Shown one piece after another: positions 1 to 7,989 of a stretch of 10,585 bases of DNA. The notes below the pieces were generated by a model, which made no database searches, had not been told where the DNA came from, and saw only the letters and a program-made list of their open reading frames with translations. This DNA comes from a virus. Its lineage: Duplodnaviria > Heunggongvirae > Uroviricota > Caudoviricetes. The DNA is taken from the IMG/VR virus record IMGVR_UViG_2541047825_000014; one strand, written 5' to 3'. Position numbers and translations under genes: made by a program. How positions within the stretch are numbered: position 1 is the first letter of the stretch; each line of letters begins with the position of its first letter.

Positions 1-648
1 ATGGCAGCGACGCACACACTCCCTCTGGCGTCACCGGGCATGGCACGCATCTGCCTTTACGGGGATTTACAACGATTTGGCCGCCGCATCGACCTTCGTG
101 TGAAAACGGGGGCTGAAGCCATCCGGGCGCTGGCCACGCAGCTTCCGTCGTTTCGCCAGAAACTGAATGAGGGCTGGTATCAGGTGCGCATTGCCGGGCG
201 TGATGCAGGCGAAAATGAATTATCTGCCCGTCTTAATGAGCCGCTGGAAAATGGTGCCGTGATTCACATCGTGCCGCGTATGGCGGGAGCTAAAAGTGGC
301 GGTGTGTTTCAGGTGGTGCTGGGGGCGGCGCTGATTGCGGTGGCATGGTGGAACCCTGTGGGCTGGCTGGGTGCTGCGGCTGTATCGGGCATGTATGCGG
401 CAGGGGCCAGTATGATTCTGGGTGGTGTGGCCCAGATGCTGGCACCGAAAGCCAGGACGCCCACGGCAGCCAGTACAGATAACGGCAAACAGAACACCTA
501 TTTCTCCTCACTGGATAACATGGTTGCTCAGGGCAATGTTCTGCCTGTTCTGTACGGTGAAATGCGTGTGGGGTCGCGGGTGGTTTCTCAGGAGATCAGC
601 ACGGCAGACGAAGGTGACGGTGGTCAGGTTGTGGTGATTGGTCGCTGA
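1..648 (+). CDS. I: Phage tail assembly protein I (lambda gpI family)
   Basis: 215-aa ORF starting MAATHTLPLASPGMARICLYGDLQRFGRRIDLRVKTGAEAIRALATQLP and ending GGQVVVIGR, recognised as the lambda gpI family. It sits immediately upstream of J, as in lambda. The ATG is at the window edge, so upstream context is not visible. Confidence 0.85.
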   Translation: MAATHTLPLASPGMARICLYGDLQRFGRRIDLRVKTGAEAIRALATQLPSFRQKLNEGWYQVRIAGRDAGENELSARLNEPLENGAVIHIVPRMAGAKSGGVFQVVLGAALIAVAWWNPVGWLGAAAVSGMYAAGASMILGGVAQMLAPKARTPTAASTDNGKQNTYFSSLDNMVAQGNVLPVLYGEMRVGSRVVSQEISTADEGDGGQVVVIGR

Positions 649-666
649 TGCAAAATGTTTTATGTG

Positions 667-688
667 AAACCGCCTGCGGGCGGTTTTG
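667..688 (+). terminator. Short GC hairpin with T-tract between I and J (possible attenuator or weak terminator)
   Basis: AAACCGCC-TGCG-GGCGGTTTT: the arms at 667-674 and 679-686 are reverse complements, followed by T's. The J ribosome-binding site GGAG lies at 697-700. Confidence 0.3.
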
Positions 689-708
689 TCGTTTATGGAG
701 CATGACGA

Positions 709-3700
709 ATGGGTAAAGGCAGCAGTAAGGGGCATACCCCGCGCGAAGCGAAGGACAACCTGAAGTCCACGCAGTTGCTGAGTGTGATCGATGCCATCAG
801 CGAAGGGCCGGTTGAAGGTCCGGTGGATGGGTTAAAAAGCGTGCTGCTGAACAGTACGCCGGTGCTGGACAGTGAGGGGAATACCAATATATCCGGCGTC
901 ACGGTGGTGTTCCGGGCAGGTGAGCAGGAGCAGACTCCGCCGGAGGGGTTTGAATCCTCCGGTTCCGAGACGGTGCTGGGTACGGAAGTGAAATATGACA
1001 CGCCGATCACCCGCACCATCACGTCGGCAAACATCGACCGTCTGCGCTTTACCTTCGGTGTGCAGGCACTGGTGGAAACCACCTCAAAGGGGGACAGGAA
1101 TCCATCGGAAGTCCGCCTGCTGGTTCAGATACAGCGTAACGGTGGCTGGGTGACGGAAAAAGACATCACCATTAAGGGCAAAACCACCTCGCAGTATCTG
1201 GCCTCGGTGGTGGTGGATAACCTGCCGCCGCGCCCGTTTAATATCCGGATGCGCAGGATGACGCCGGACAGCACCACAGACCAGCTGCAGAACAAAACGC
1301 TCTGGTCGTCATACACCGAAATCATCGATGTGAAACAGTGCTACCCGAACACGGCACTGGTTGGCGTGCAGGTGGACTCGGAGCAGTTCGGCAGCCAGCA
1401 GGTGAGCCGTAATTATCATCTTCGCGGGCGCATTCTGCAGGTGCCGTCGAACTATAACCCGCAGACGCGGCAATACAGCGGTATCTGGGACGGAACGTTA
1501 AAACCGGCATACAGCAACAACATGGCCTGGTGTCTGTGGGATATGCTGACCCATCCGCGCTACGGCATGGGGAAACGTCTTGGTGCGGCGGATGTGGATA
1601 AATGGGCGCTGTATGTCATCGGCCAGAATTGCGACCAGTCGGTGCCGGACGGCTTTGGCGGCACGGAGCCGCGCATCACCTGTAACGCTTACCTGACCAC
1701 ACAGCGCAAGGCGTGGGATGTGCTCAGTGATTTCTGCTCGGCGATGCGCTGTATGCCGGTATGGAACGGGCAGACGCTGACGTTCGTGCAGGACCGACCA
1801 TCAGATAAGGTGTGGACCTATAACCGCAGTAATGTGGTGATGCCGGATGATGGCGCGCCGTTCCGCTACAGTTTCAGCGCCCTGAAGGACCGCCATAATG
1901 CCGTTGAGGTGAACTGGACTGACCCGGATAACGGCTGGGAAACGGCAACAGAGCTTGTGGAGGACACGCAGACCATTGCCCGTTACGGTCGTAACGTCAC
2001 GAAGATGGATGCCTTTGGCTGTACCAGCCGGGGGCAGGCACACAGAGCCGGGCTGTGGCTGATTAAAACGGAGCTGCTGGAAACGCAGACCGTGGATTTC
2101 AGCGTGGGCGCAGAAGGGCTTCGCCATGTACCGGGCGATGTCATTGAAATCTGCGATGATGACTATGCGGGTATCAGCACCGGTGGTCGTGTGCTGGCGG
2201 TGAACAGCCAGACCCGGACGCTGACGCTCGACCGTGAAATCACGCTGCCATCCTCCGGTACCACGCTGATAAGCCTGGTTGACGGAAATGGCAATCCGGT
2301 CAGCGTGGAGGTTCAGTCCGTCACCGACGGCGTGAAGGTAAAAGTGAGCCGTGTTCCTGACGGTGTTGCTGAATACAGCGTATGGGGGCTGAAGCTGCCG
2401 ACGCTGCGCCAGCGCCTGTTCCGCTGTGTGAGTATCCGTGAGAACGACGACGGCACGTATGCCATCACTGCCGTGCAGCATGTACCGGAGAAAGAAGCCA
2501 TCGTGGATAACGGGGCGCACTTTGACGGTGACCAGAGCGGCACGGTGAATGGTGTCACGCCGCCAGCGGTGCAGCACCTGACTGCCGAAGTCACCGCAGA
2601 CAGCGGGGAGTATCAGGTACTGGCCCGCTGGGACACGCCGAAGGTGGTGAAGGGCGTGAGCTTCCTGCTTCGCCTGACCGTGGCAGCGGACGACGGCAGT
2701 GAGCGGCTGGTCAGCACAGCCAGGACGACGGAAACCACATACCGCTTCAGGCAACTGGCGCTGGGGCGTTACACGCTGACGGTCCGGGCGGTAAATGCGT
2801 GGGGACAGCAGGGCGATCCGGCATCGGTATCGTTCCGGATTGCCGCACCGGCAGTGCCGTCGAGGATTGAGCTGACGCCGGGCTATTTTCAGATAACTGC
2901 CACGCCGCATCTTGCGGTTTATGATCCGACGGTACAGTTTGATTTCTGGTTCTCGGAAACGCGGATTACCGATATCAGGCAGGTTGAAACCACAGCCCGC
3001 TATCTTGGCACGGCGCTGTACTGGATAGCCGCCAGTATCAATATCAAACCGGGCCATGATTATTATTTTTACATCCGCAGTGTGAACACCGTTGGCAAAT
3101 CGGCATTTGTGGAGGCTGTTGGCCAGCCGAGTGATGATGCATCCGGCTATCTGGATTTTTTCAAAGGAGAGATAGGGAAAAGCCATCTGGCTCAGGAGCT
3201 GTGGACGCAGATTGATAACGGTCAGCTTGCGCCTGACCTGGCTGAAATCAGGACGTCCATTACGGATGTCAGCAATGAAATCACGCAGACCGTCAATAAG
3301 AAACTGGAAGACCAGAGTGCGGCAATTCAGCAGATACAGAAGGTTCAGGTTGATACAAATAATAACCTGAACAGCATGTGGGCTGTGAAGCTGCAGCAGA
3401 TGCAGGACGGACGCCTTTATATCGCGGGTATTGGTGCCGGTATTGAGAACACCCCTGACGGCATGCAGAGTCAGGTGCTGCTGGCGGCGGACAGGATTGC
3501 GATGGTTAATCCTGCGAATGGCAACACAAAGCCGATGTTTGTTGGTCAGGGCGATCAGATATTCATGAACGAAGTGTTCCTGAAATATCTGACGGCTCCC
3601 ACCATTACCAGCGGCGGTAATCCTCCGGCATTTTCCCTGACACCGGACGGGCGGCTGACGGCAAAAAATGCCGATATCAGCGGTAACGTGAATGCGAACT

Positions 3701-4188
3701 CCGGGACGCTCAACAACGTCACGATTAACGAGAATTGCCGGGTTCTGGGAAAACTGTCCGCGAACCAGATTGAAGGCGATCTCGTTAAAACAGTGGGCAA
3801 AGCTTTCCCCCGTGACTCCCGTGCACCGGAACGGTGGCCATCAGGGACCATTACCGTCAGGGTTTATGACGATCAGCCGTTTGACCGGCAAATTGTTATT
3901 CCAGCGGTGGCTTTCAGCGGTGCCAGACATGAACGGGAGAATAGCGATACTTATTCGTCATGCCGCCTGATAGTGAAGAAAAACGGGGCTGAAATTTATA
4001 ACCGAACGGCTCTGGATAATACTCTGATTTACACGGGTGTTATTGATATGCCTGCAGGCAGTGGCGTAATGACACTGGAGTTTTCGGTATCAGCATGGTG
4101 GGTAAATGGCTGGTATCCCACAGCAAGTATCAGCGATTTGCTGGTTGTGGTGATGAAGAAAGCCACCGCAGGCATCAGTATCAGCTGA
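709..4188 (+). CDS. J: Tail tip / host specificity protein J (central tail fiber), with a divergent C-terminal receptor-binding region
   Basis: 1159-aa ORF starting [34 protein letters not shown], recognised as lambda gpJ over most of its length. GGAG at 697-700 precedes the ATG at 709. The last ~330 aa (from about nt 3180) are AT-richer and do not look like the lambda LamB-binding C-terminus as I recall it. Confidence 0.95.
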   Translation: MGKGSSKGHTPREAKDNLKSTQLLSVIDAISEGPVEGPVDGLKSVLLNSTPVLDSEGNTNISGVTVVFRAGEQEQTPPEGFESSGSETVLGTEVKYDTPITRTITSANIDRLRFTFGVQALVETTSKGDRNPSEVRLLVQIQRNGGWVTEKDITIKGKTTSQYLASVVVDNLPPRPFNIRMRRMTPDSTTDQLQNKTLWSSYTEIIDVKQCYPNTALVGVQVDSEQFGSQQVSRNYHLRGRILQVPSNYNPQTRQYSGIWDGTLKPAYSNNMAWCLWDMLTHPRYGMGKRLGAADVDKWALYVIGQNCDQSVPDGFGGTEPRITCNAYLTTQRKAWDVLSDFCSAMRCMPVWNGQTLTFVQDRPSDKVWTYNRSNVVMPDDGAPFRYSFSALKDRHNAVEVNWTDPDNGWETATELVEDTQTIARYGRNVTKMDAFGCTSRGQAHRAGLWLIKTELLETQTVDFSVGAEGLRHVPGDVIEICDDDYAGISTGGRVLAVNSQTRTLTLDREITLPSSGTTLISLVDGNGNPVSVEVQSVTDGVKVKVSRVPDGVAEYSVWGLKLPTLRQRLFRCVSIRENDDGTYAITAVQHVPEKEAIVDNGAHFDGDQSGTVNGVTPPAVQHLTAEVTADSGEYQVLARWDTPKVVKGVSFLLRLTVAADDGSERLVSTARTTETTYRFRQLALGRYTLTVRAVNAWGQQGDPASVSFRIAAPAVPSRIELTPGYFQITATPHLAVYDPTVQFDFWFSETRITDIRQVETTARYLGTALYWIAASINIKPGHDYYFYIRSVNTVGKSAFVEAVGQPSDDASGYLDFFKGEIGKSHLAQELWTQIDNGQLAPDLAEIRTSITDVSNEITQTVNKKLEDQSAAIQQIQKVQVDTNNNLNSMWAVKLQQMQDGRLYIAGIGAGIENTPDGMQSQVLLAADRIAMVNPANGNTKPMFVGQGDQIFMNEVFLKYLTAPTITSGGNPPAFSLTPDGRLTAKNADISGNVNANSGTLNNVTINENCRVLGKLSANQIEGDLVKTVGKAFPRDSRAPERWPSGTITVRVYDDQPFDRQIVIPAVAFSGARHERENSDTYSSCRLIVKKNGAEIYNRTALDNTLIYTGVIDMPAGSGVMTLEFSVSAWWVNGWYPTASISDLLVVVMKKATAGISIS

Positions 4189-4206
4189 ATTTTATAACCC
4201 CAATAC

Positions 4207-4233
4207 GGGCGTCAGAAATGACGCCTTTTTTAT
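4207..4233 (+). terminator. Rho-independent terminator downstream of J
   Basis: GGCGTCA (4208-4214), loop GAAA, TGACGCC (4219-4225), followed by TTTTTT (4226-4231). Confidence 0.7.
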
Positions 4234-4255
4234 TGCAGAAAAGCGAGAGGTAATT

Positions 4256-4855
4256 ATGCGTAAATTATGTGCTGTTATTCTGTCCGCAGTAGTCTGGCTG
4301 GTTGCCGCTGGTACGCCAGCGAGCGCAGCAGAGCATCAGTCCACACTAAGCGCCGGGTATCTTCAGACCCATACTGATATGCCAGGCAGTGATGACCTGA
4401 AGGGCATTAACGTGAAATACCGTTATGAATTTACGGACACGCTGGGGCTGGTGACGTCATTCAGTTATGCCAATGCCAAAGATGAGCAAAAAACGCATTA
4501 CAGCGATACCCGCTGGCATGAAGATTCAGTGCGTAACCGCTGGTTCAGCGTGATGGCGGGGCCGTCTGTACGCGTGAATGAATGGTTCAGTGCTTATGCG
4601 ATGGCGGGTGTGGCTTACAGCCGTGTTTCGACGTTCTCCGGGGATTATCTCCGCGTAACTGACAACAAGGGGAAAACGCACGATGTGCTGACCGGAAGTG
4701 ATGACGGTCGCCACAGCGACACGTCTCTGGCATGGGGGGCTGGCGTGCAGTTTAACCCGACCGAATCCGTGGCCATTGATATTGCTTATGAAGGTTCCGG
4801 CAGTGGCGACTGGCGCACTGACGGTTTCATCGTTGGTGTCGGTTATAAATTCTGA
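4256..4855 (+). CDS. lom: Lom outer membrane protein (Ail/Lom/OmpX/PagC beta-barrel family); lysogenic-conversion moron
   Basis: 199-aa ORF with a signal peptide (MRKLCAVILSAVVWLVAAGTPASA) and a C-terminal GFIVGVGYKF beta-barrel terminus, recognised as lambda Lom. Ribosome-binding site GAGAGG at 4243-4248. Flanked by terminators on both sides. Confidence 0.95.
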   Translation: MRKLCAVILSAVVWLVAAGTPASAAEHQSTLSAGYLQTHTDMPGSDDLKGINVKYRYEFTDTLGLVTSFSYANAKDEQKTHYSDTRWHEDSVRNRWFSVMAGPSVRVNEWFSAYAMAGVAYSRVSTFSGDYLRVTDNKGKTHDVLTGSDDGRHSDTSLAWGAGVQFNPTESVAIDIAYEGSGSGDWRTDGFIVGVGYKF

Positions 4856-4881
4856 TTAGCCAGGTAACACAGTGTTATGAC

Positions 4882-4909
4882 AGCCCGCCGGTTCAGGCGG
4901 GCTTTTTTG
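4882..4909 (+). terminator. Rho-independent terminator downstream of lom
   Basis: AGCCCGCC (4882-4889), loop GGTTCA, GGCGGGCT (4896-4903), followed by TTTTTT (4903-4908). Confidence 0.7.
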
Positions 4910-4919
4910 TGGAGTGGAT

Positions 4920-6983
4920 ATGGCAGCAGTAAAAATCTCAGGTGTGCTGAAAGATGGTGCGGGAAAACCAATACAGAACTGCACTATTCAACTGAAGGCA
5001 AAGCGTAACAGCACCACGGTACTGGTCAACACAGTGGCCTCTGAAAATCCGGATGAAGCCGGGCGTTACAGCATGGATGTTGAGTATGGACAGTACAGCG
5101 TCACCCTGCTGGTTGAAGGTTTTCCGCCTTCACATGCCGGGACCATTACCGTCTATGAAGGTTCCAGACCAGGTACGCTGAATGATTTTCTCGGTGCCAT
5201 GACGGAAGATGATGTCATGCCGGAGGCATTGCGTCGTTTTGAGGAAATGGTGGAAGAAGCGGCACGCAACGCTGAAGCCGCCTCTCAGAGCGCAGCGGCA
5301 GCAAAGAAATCAGAAACAGCAGCGGCATCGTCCAGGAATGCGGCGAAAACATCAGAGACGAATGCAGGTAACAGCGCGAAAGCGGCAGCTTCTTCAAAAA
5401 CAGCCGCACAAAACGCAGCAACAGCGGCAGAACGTTCAGAGACAAATGCCCGTGCGTCAGAAGAAGCCTCCGCAGACAGTGAAGAGGCTTCCCGCCGTAA
5501 TGCAGAGTCAGCCGCTGAAAATGCCGGAGTCGCCACCACAAAAGCGCGGGAGGCCGCAGCAGACGCAACAAAGGCCGGGCAGAAAAAGGATGAGGCTCTG
5601 TCGGCAGCGACACGGGCTGAAAAGGCGGCAGACCGCGCAGAAGTCGCAGCGGAAGTGACTGCAGAGCCCTATGCGAATATAGTGCCGCCGCTGCCTGATG
5701 TGTGGATACCGTTTAACGATTCACTGGATATGATTGCGGGTTTTTCTCCGGGCTATAAAAAAATAGCTATTGGTGACGATGTGGTTCAGGTCGCCAGTGA
5801 TAAACAGGTTAATTTCAGTCGCGCATCAACGGCAACATATATCAACAAATCTGGCGAACTGAAAACGGCGGAAATTAATGAGCCGCGATTTGAGTGTGAT
5901 GGCCTGCTTATTGAGGGACAAAGAACGAACTACATGCTCAATTCGGAAAGTCCAGCCAGCTGGGGGAAGTCATCAAACATGGATGTGCCCGAAACCGGGA
6001 CGGATAGTTTTGGTTTTACTTATGGAAAGTTTGTCTGCAACGATTCTCTGGTTGGGCAAACTTCGGCTATTAATATGGCATCAATTGCTGCAACAAAGTC
6101 AGTTGATGTCTCAGGCGATAACAAGTACGTGACAACCTCATGCCGTTTTAAAACAGAACGACAGGTAAGGTTACGTATACGGTTTGATAAGTATGATGGT
6201 AGTGCAACAACTTTTCTTGGCGATGCGTACATTGATACGCAAACGCTTGAAATTAATATGACAGGTGGTGCTGCCGGCAGAATTACGGCACGAGTCAGGA
6301 AGGATAAGACCACAGGCTGGATTTTTGCAGAGGCAACGATTCAGGCAATTGATGGTGAGTTAAAAATAGGCTCTCAGATACAGTATTCTCCTGAGCAGGG
6401 TGGGGCAACAGTATCTGGTGACTATATTTATCTTGCCACCCCACAAGTAGAGAATGGGCCGTGTGTATCATCATTTATTATTTCAGGAGGCAGCGCAACG
6501 ACAAGAGCCAGTGATTTGGTTAGTATCCCCACCAGAAATAATCTTTATAAGTTACCATTTACTTTTTTACTTGAGATTCATAAAAACTGGGATATTGCAC
6601 CAAACGCCGCACCCCGCGTGTGGGATATAGCAGCAGCCAATACCGGGCAATCAGCAATTGCAGCAATCAACAGAGGTAGTGGTAAGTTATATATGAGTCT
6701 GTCAAACCCTTCAGGCTCGTATGTTAATAGCGCAGCGACAGATGTATTTGCAGAGAAAACCACATTTGGATGTATTGCAAAAGCTGATGGTCACTTTCAT
6801 GTGGTGACAAATGGTAAAGCGGTTAATGAAGTTTATTGTGAATATAATGGCGTGACCGCTGATAAAAATATCCGATTTGGAGGGCAGACGAATACTGGAG
6901 AACGACATCTGTTTGGCCATATTCGCAATTTCCGCATATGGCATAAAGAATTAAATGACAGGCAATTAAAAGAGGTCGTATGA
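4920..6983 (+). CDS. stf: Side tail fiber protein (Stf-like), mosaic: conserved N-terminal tail-attachment region, Ala-rich repetitive shaft, divergent AT-rich C-terminal putative receptor-binding domain
   Basis: ORF track gives 4914-6983 with a GTG start. I prefer the ATG at 4920 (product MAAVKISGVLKDG..., matching the lambda Stf N-terminus) with GGAG at 4911-4914. No tfa-like gene follows. Confidence 0.85.
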   Translation: MAAVKISGVLKDGAGKPIQNCTIQLKAKRNSTTVLVNTVASENPDEAGRYSMDVEYGQYSVTLLVEGFPPSHAGTITVYEGSRPGTLNDFLGAMTEDDVMPEALRRFEEMVEEAARNAEAASQSAAAAKKSETAAASSRNAAKTSETNAGNSAKAAASSKTAAQNAATAAERSETNARASEEASADSEEASRRNAESAAENAGVATTKAREAAADATKAGQKKDEALSAATRAEKAADRAEVAAEVTAEPYANIVPPLPDVWIPFNDSLDMIAGFSPGYKKIAIGDDVVQVASDKQVNFSRASTATYINKSGELKTAEINEPRFECDGLLIEGQRTNYMLNSESPASWGKSSNMDVPETGTDSFGFTYGKFVCNDSLVGQTSAINMASIAATKSVDVSGDNKYVTTSCRFKTERQVRLRIRFDKYDGSATTFLGDAYIDTQTLEINMTGGAAGRITARVRKDKTTGWIFAEATIQAIDGELKIGSQIQYSPEQGGATVSGDYIYLATPQVENGPCVSSFIISGGSATTRASDLVSIPTRNNLYKLPFTFLLEIHKNWDIAPNAAPRVWDIAAANTGQSAIAAINRGSGKLYMSLSNPSGSYVNSAATDVFAEKTTFGCIAKADGHFHVVTNGKAVNEVYCEYNGVTADKNIRFGGQTNTGERHLFGHIRNFRIWHKELNDRQLKEVV
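5260..5650 (+). repeat. Low-complexity Ala/Ser/Glu-rich degenerate repeats encoding the fiber shaft of Stf
   Basis: Translation contains repeated A-A-K/S-x-S-E-T-N/A-A motifs (AAKKSETAAASSRNAAKTSETNAGNSAKAAASSKTAAQNAATAAERSETNARASEEAS...). The GC-rich GCN-codon runs generate spurious overlapping ORFs on both strands. Confidence 0.6.
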
Positions 6984-7258
6984 AAGATTTAACTTTGAAG
7001 TTTCATGACAAACTGCAGTTTAAGGCCTTCCTGTCATCTCTTGGCTGGGCGGAAGATGAAGACCTCCAGAATAAACTGTTAGTTGATGAAATTGGTTTCA
7101 CCTACACAGAAACAGGGGTAACAGAAGAGGGAGAACCTGTCTGTATCCGGAATGATGGTTATTTTGTCAACATTCGCATTCTTGATGACTTGTTTGATGT
7201 TTCTGTATTCTCTGATTATGTCGTGGAGCTGGAAACACCGCTTCGGGAATGGAGCTGA
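6980..7258 (+). CDS. Hypothetical acidic 92-aa protein, translationally coupled to stf
   Basis: The ATG at 6980 overlaps the stf stop (ATGA at 6980-6983). AGAGG at 6971-6975. No signal peptide or TM segment. No family recognised. Confidence 0.55.
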   Translation: MKDLTLKFHDKLQFKAFLSSLGWAEDEDLQNKLLVDEIGFTYTETGVTEEGEPVCIRNDGYFVNIRILDDLFDVSVFSDYVVELETPLREWS

Positions 7259-7270
7259 AAGGAGGAAATA

Positions 7271-7558
7271 ATGGATATAAGCCCCTTACTTCATGCACTT
7301 TGTGCTGTGGCTGCGCAGATACTGGTTGGTCTTTTTACCGGAAACTGGGCTTACGGAGCGATAGCCGGTTGTACGTTCTTCATTGCGCGTGAACATACCC
7401 AGGCAGAATATCGCTGGATTGAAATGTTCGGGCATGGCAAGCGAATGAATATGCCGTGGTGGGGCGGTTTTGATCCGCGTGCTTGGGATGTGGCAAGCCT
7501 GATGGATTTTGCTGTGCCGGTGGTGGCGTGTCTGCTGATCTGGATGTTGATCCGTTAA
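7271..7558 (+). CDS. Hypothetical small membrane protein (95 aa, two predicted TM helices)
   Basis: Strong ribosome-binding site GGAGGA at 7261-7266, 5 nt before the ATG. Hydrophobic N-terminal segment (LLHALCAVAAQILVGLFTG...AIAGCTFFIA) and C-terminal segment (FAVPVVACLLIWMLI), with a Trp-rich loop (NMPWWGGFDPRAWD). No family recognised. Confidence 0.6.
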   Translation: MDISPLLHALCAVAAQILVGLFTGNWAYGAIAGCTFFIAREHTQAEYRWIEMFGHGKRMNMPWWGGFDPRAWDVASLMDFAVPVVACLLIWMLIR

Positions 7559-7573
7559 ATATAAAAAGTAAAA

Positions 7574-7609
7574 AGCCGCAGTAACTTGTCATGATAGGAT
7601 ACTGCGGCT
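7574..7609 (-). terminator. Hairpin likely terminating the minus-strand dinI-like transcript (possibly bidirectional)
   Basis: AGCCGCAGTA (7574-7583) and TACTGCGGCT (7600-7609) are reverse complements with a 16-nt loop. On the minus strand the hairpin is followed by TTTTTACTTTTTAT (complement of 7561-7573). There is no T-run on the + strand. Confidence 0.45.
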
Positions 7610-7675
7610 GGCTGGTTAACTTTCGATAGTGCGAGTATTGAATGATTTCCAGCCGTTACTGATTTTACGTGCTAA

Positions 7676-7924
7676 TTAGTGAACAAACCACTCATCAGCA
7701 GACTCCCAGGTATCTTTCAGAGTTTCCTGAACAAAAGTTTTAGCTGAATCTTTATCGGCGGTGCGCGTAACAGAAAGGCCATCGTTGCTGGTGGCTTTTA
7801 CGATCACCTCTACATCGTCATAACGTTTACTGATGCGTCGGGTTAATTCTTCCTTTAACGCATCCACAGCACCGTTTGGCATTTTAGTCATTTTTTCTTT
7901 GGCTATGCAGATCTCAATACGCAT
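7676..7924 (-). CDS. DinI-family DNA-damage-inducible protein (prophage-encoded DinI-like)
   Basis: 82-aa [38 protein letters not shown]...[11 protein letters not shown] with the characteristic DinI N-terminus and acidic C-terminal TWESAD(D/E)WF motif. GAGGGA ribosome-binding site upstream. Confidence 0.9.
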   Translation of the reverse strand: MRIEICIAKEKMTKMPNGAVDALKEELTRRISKRYDDVEVIVKATSNDGLSVTRTADKDSAKTFVQETLKDTWESADEWFVH

Positions 7925-7937
7925 AAAAGTCCCTCTA

Positions 7938-7989
7938 TACTGTGTTTGTATACAGTGTTATTTTTAACTGTATGGATAAACAGTGTCAA
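7938..7989 (-). promoter_or_regulatory. SOS-regulated sigma70 promoter of the dinI-like gene with two tandem LexA boxes
   Basis: Two CTGT-N8-ACAG motifs: box 1 TACTGTGTTTGTATACAGTG (7938-7957) and box 2 AACTGTATGGATAAACAGTG (7966-7985). On the minus strand a perfect -35 TTGACA (complement of 7984-7989) abuts box 2, and a -10-like TAAAAA lies 17 nt downstream (complement of 7961-7966). The -35 overlaps the integrase stop codon. Confidence 0.7.

Noticed and set aside
693-1510. Minus-strand ORFs (129, 66 and 62 aa) inside the 5' part of J
   Set aside because: Antisense to the conserved J coding sequence. Low-complexity products.
1801-3186. 461-aa ORF on the minus strand, entirely inside J
   Set aside because: Antisense ORF inside a long GC-rich gene. 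The product is Arg/Pro-rich and low-complexity with no start context. It is a typical spurious open frame.
4914-4919. GTG start for stf proposed by the ORF track
   Set aside because: The ATG at 4920 gives the Stf-like N-terminus MAAVKISGV and has GGAG at 4911-4914 at proper spacing. The GTG would place the ribosome-binding site on top of the start codon.
5209-5658. Overlapping ORFs on both strands (149, 132 and 84 aa) within the stf shaft region
   Set aside because: Artefacts of the repetitive GCN-rich codon runs that encode the Ala-rich fiber shaft. Their products are Arg/Gln/Pro-rich low-complexity sequences.
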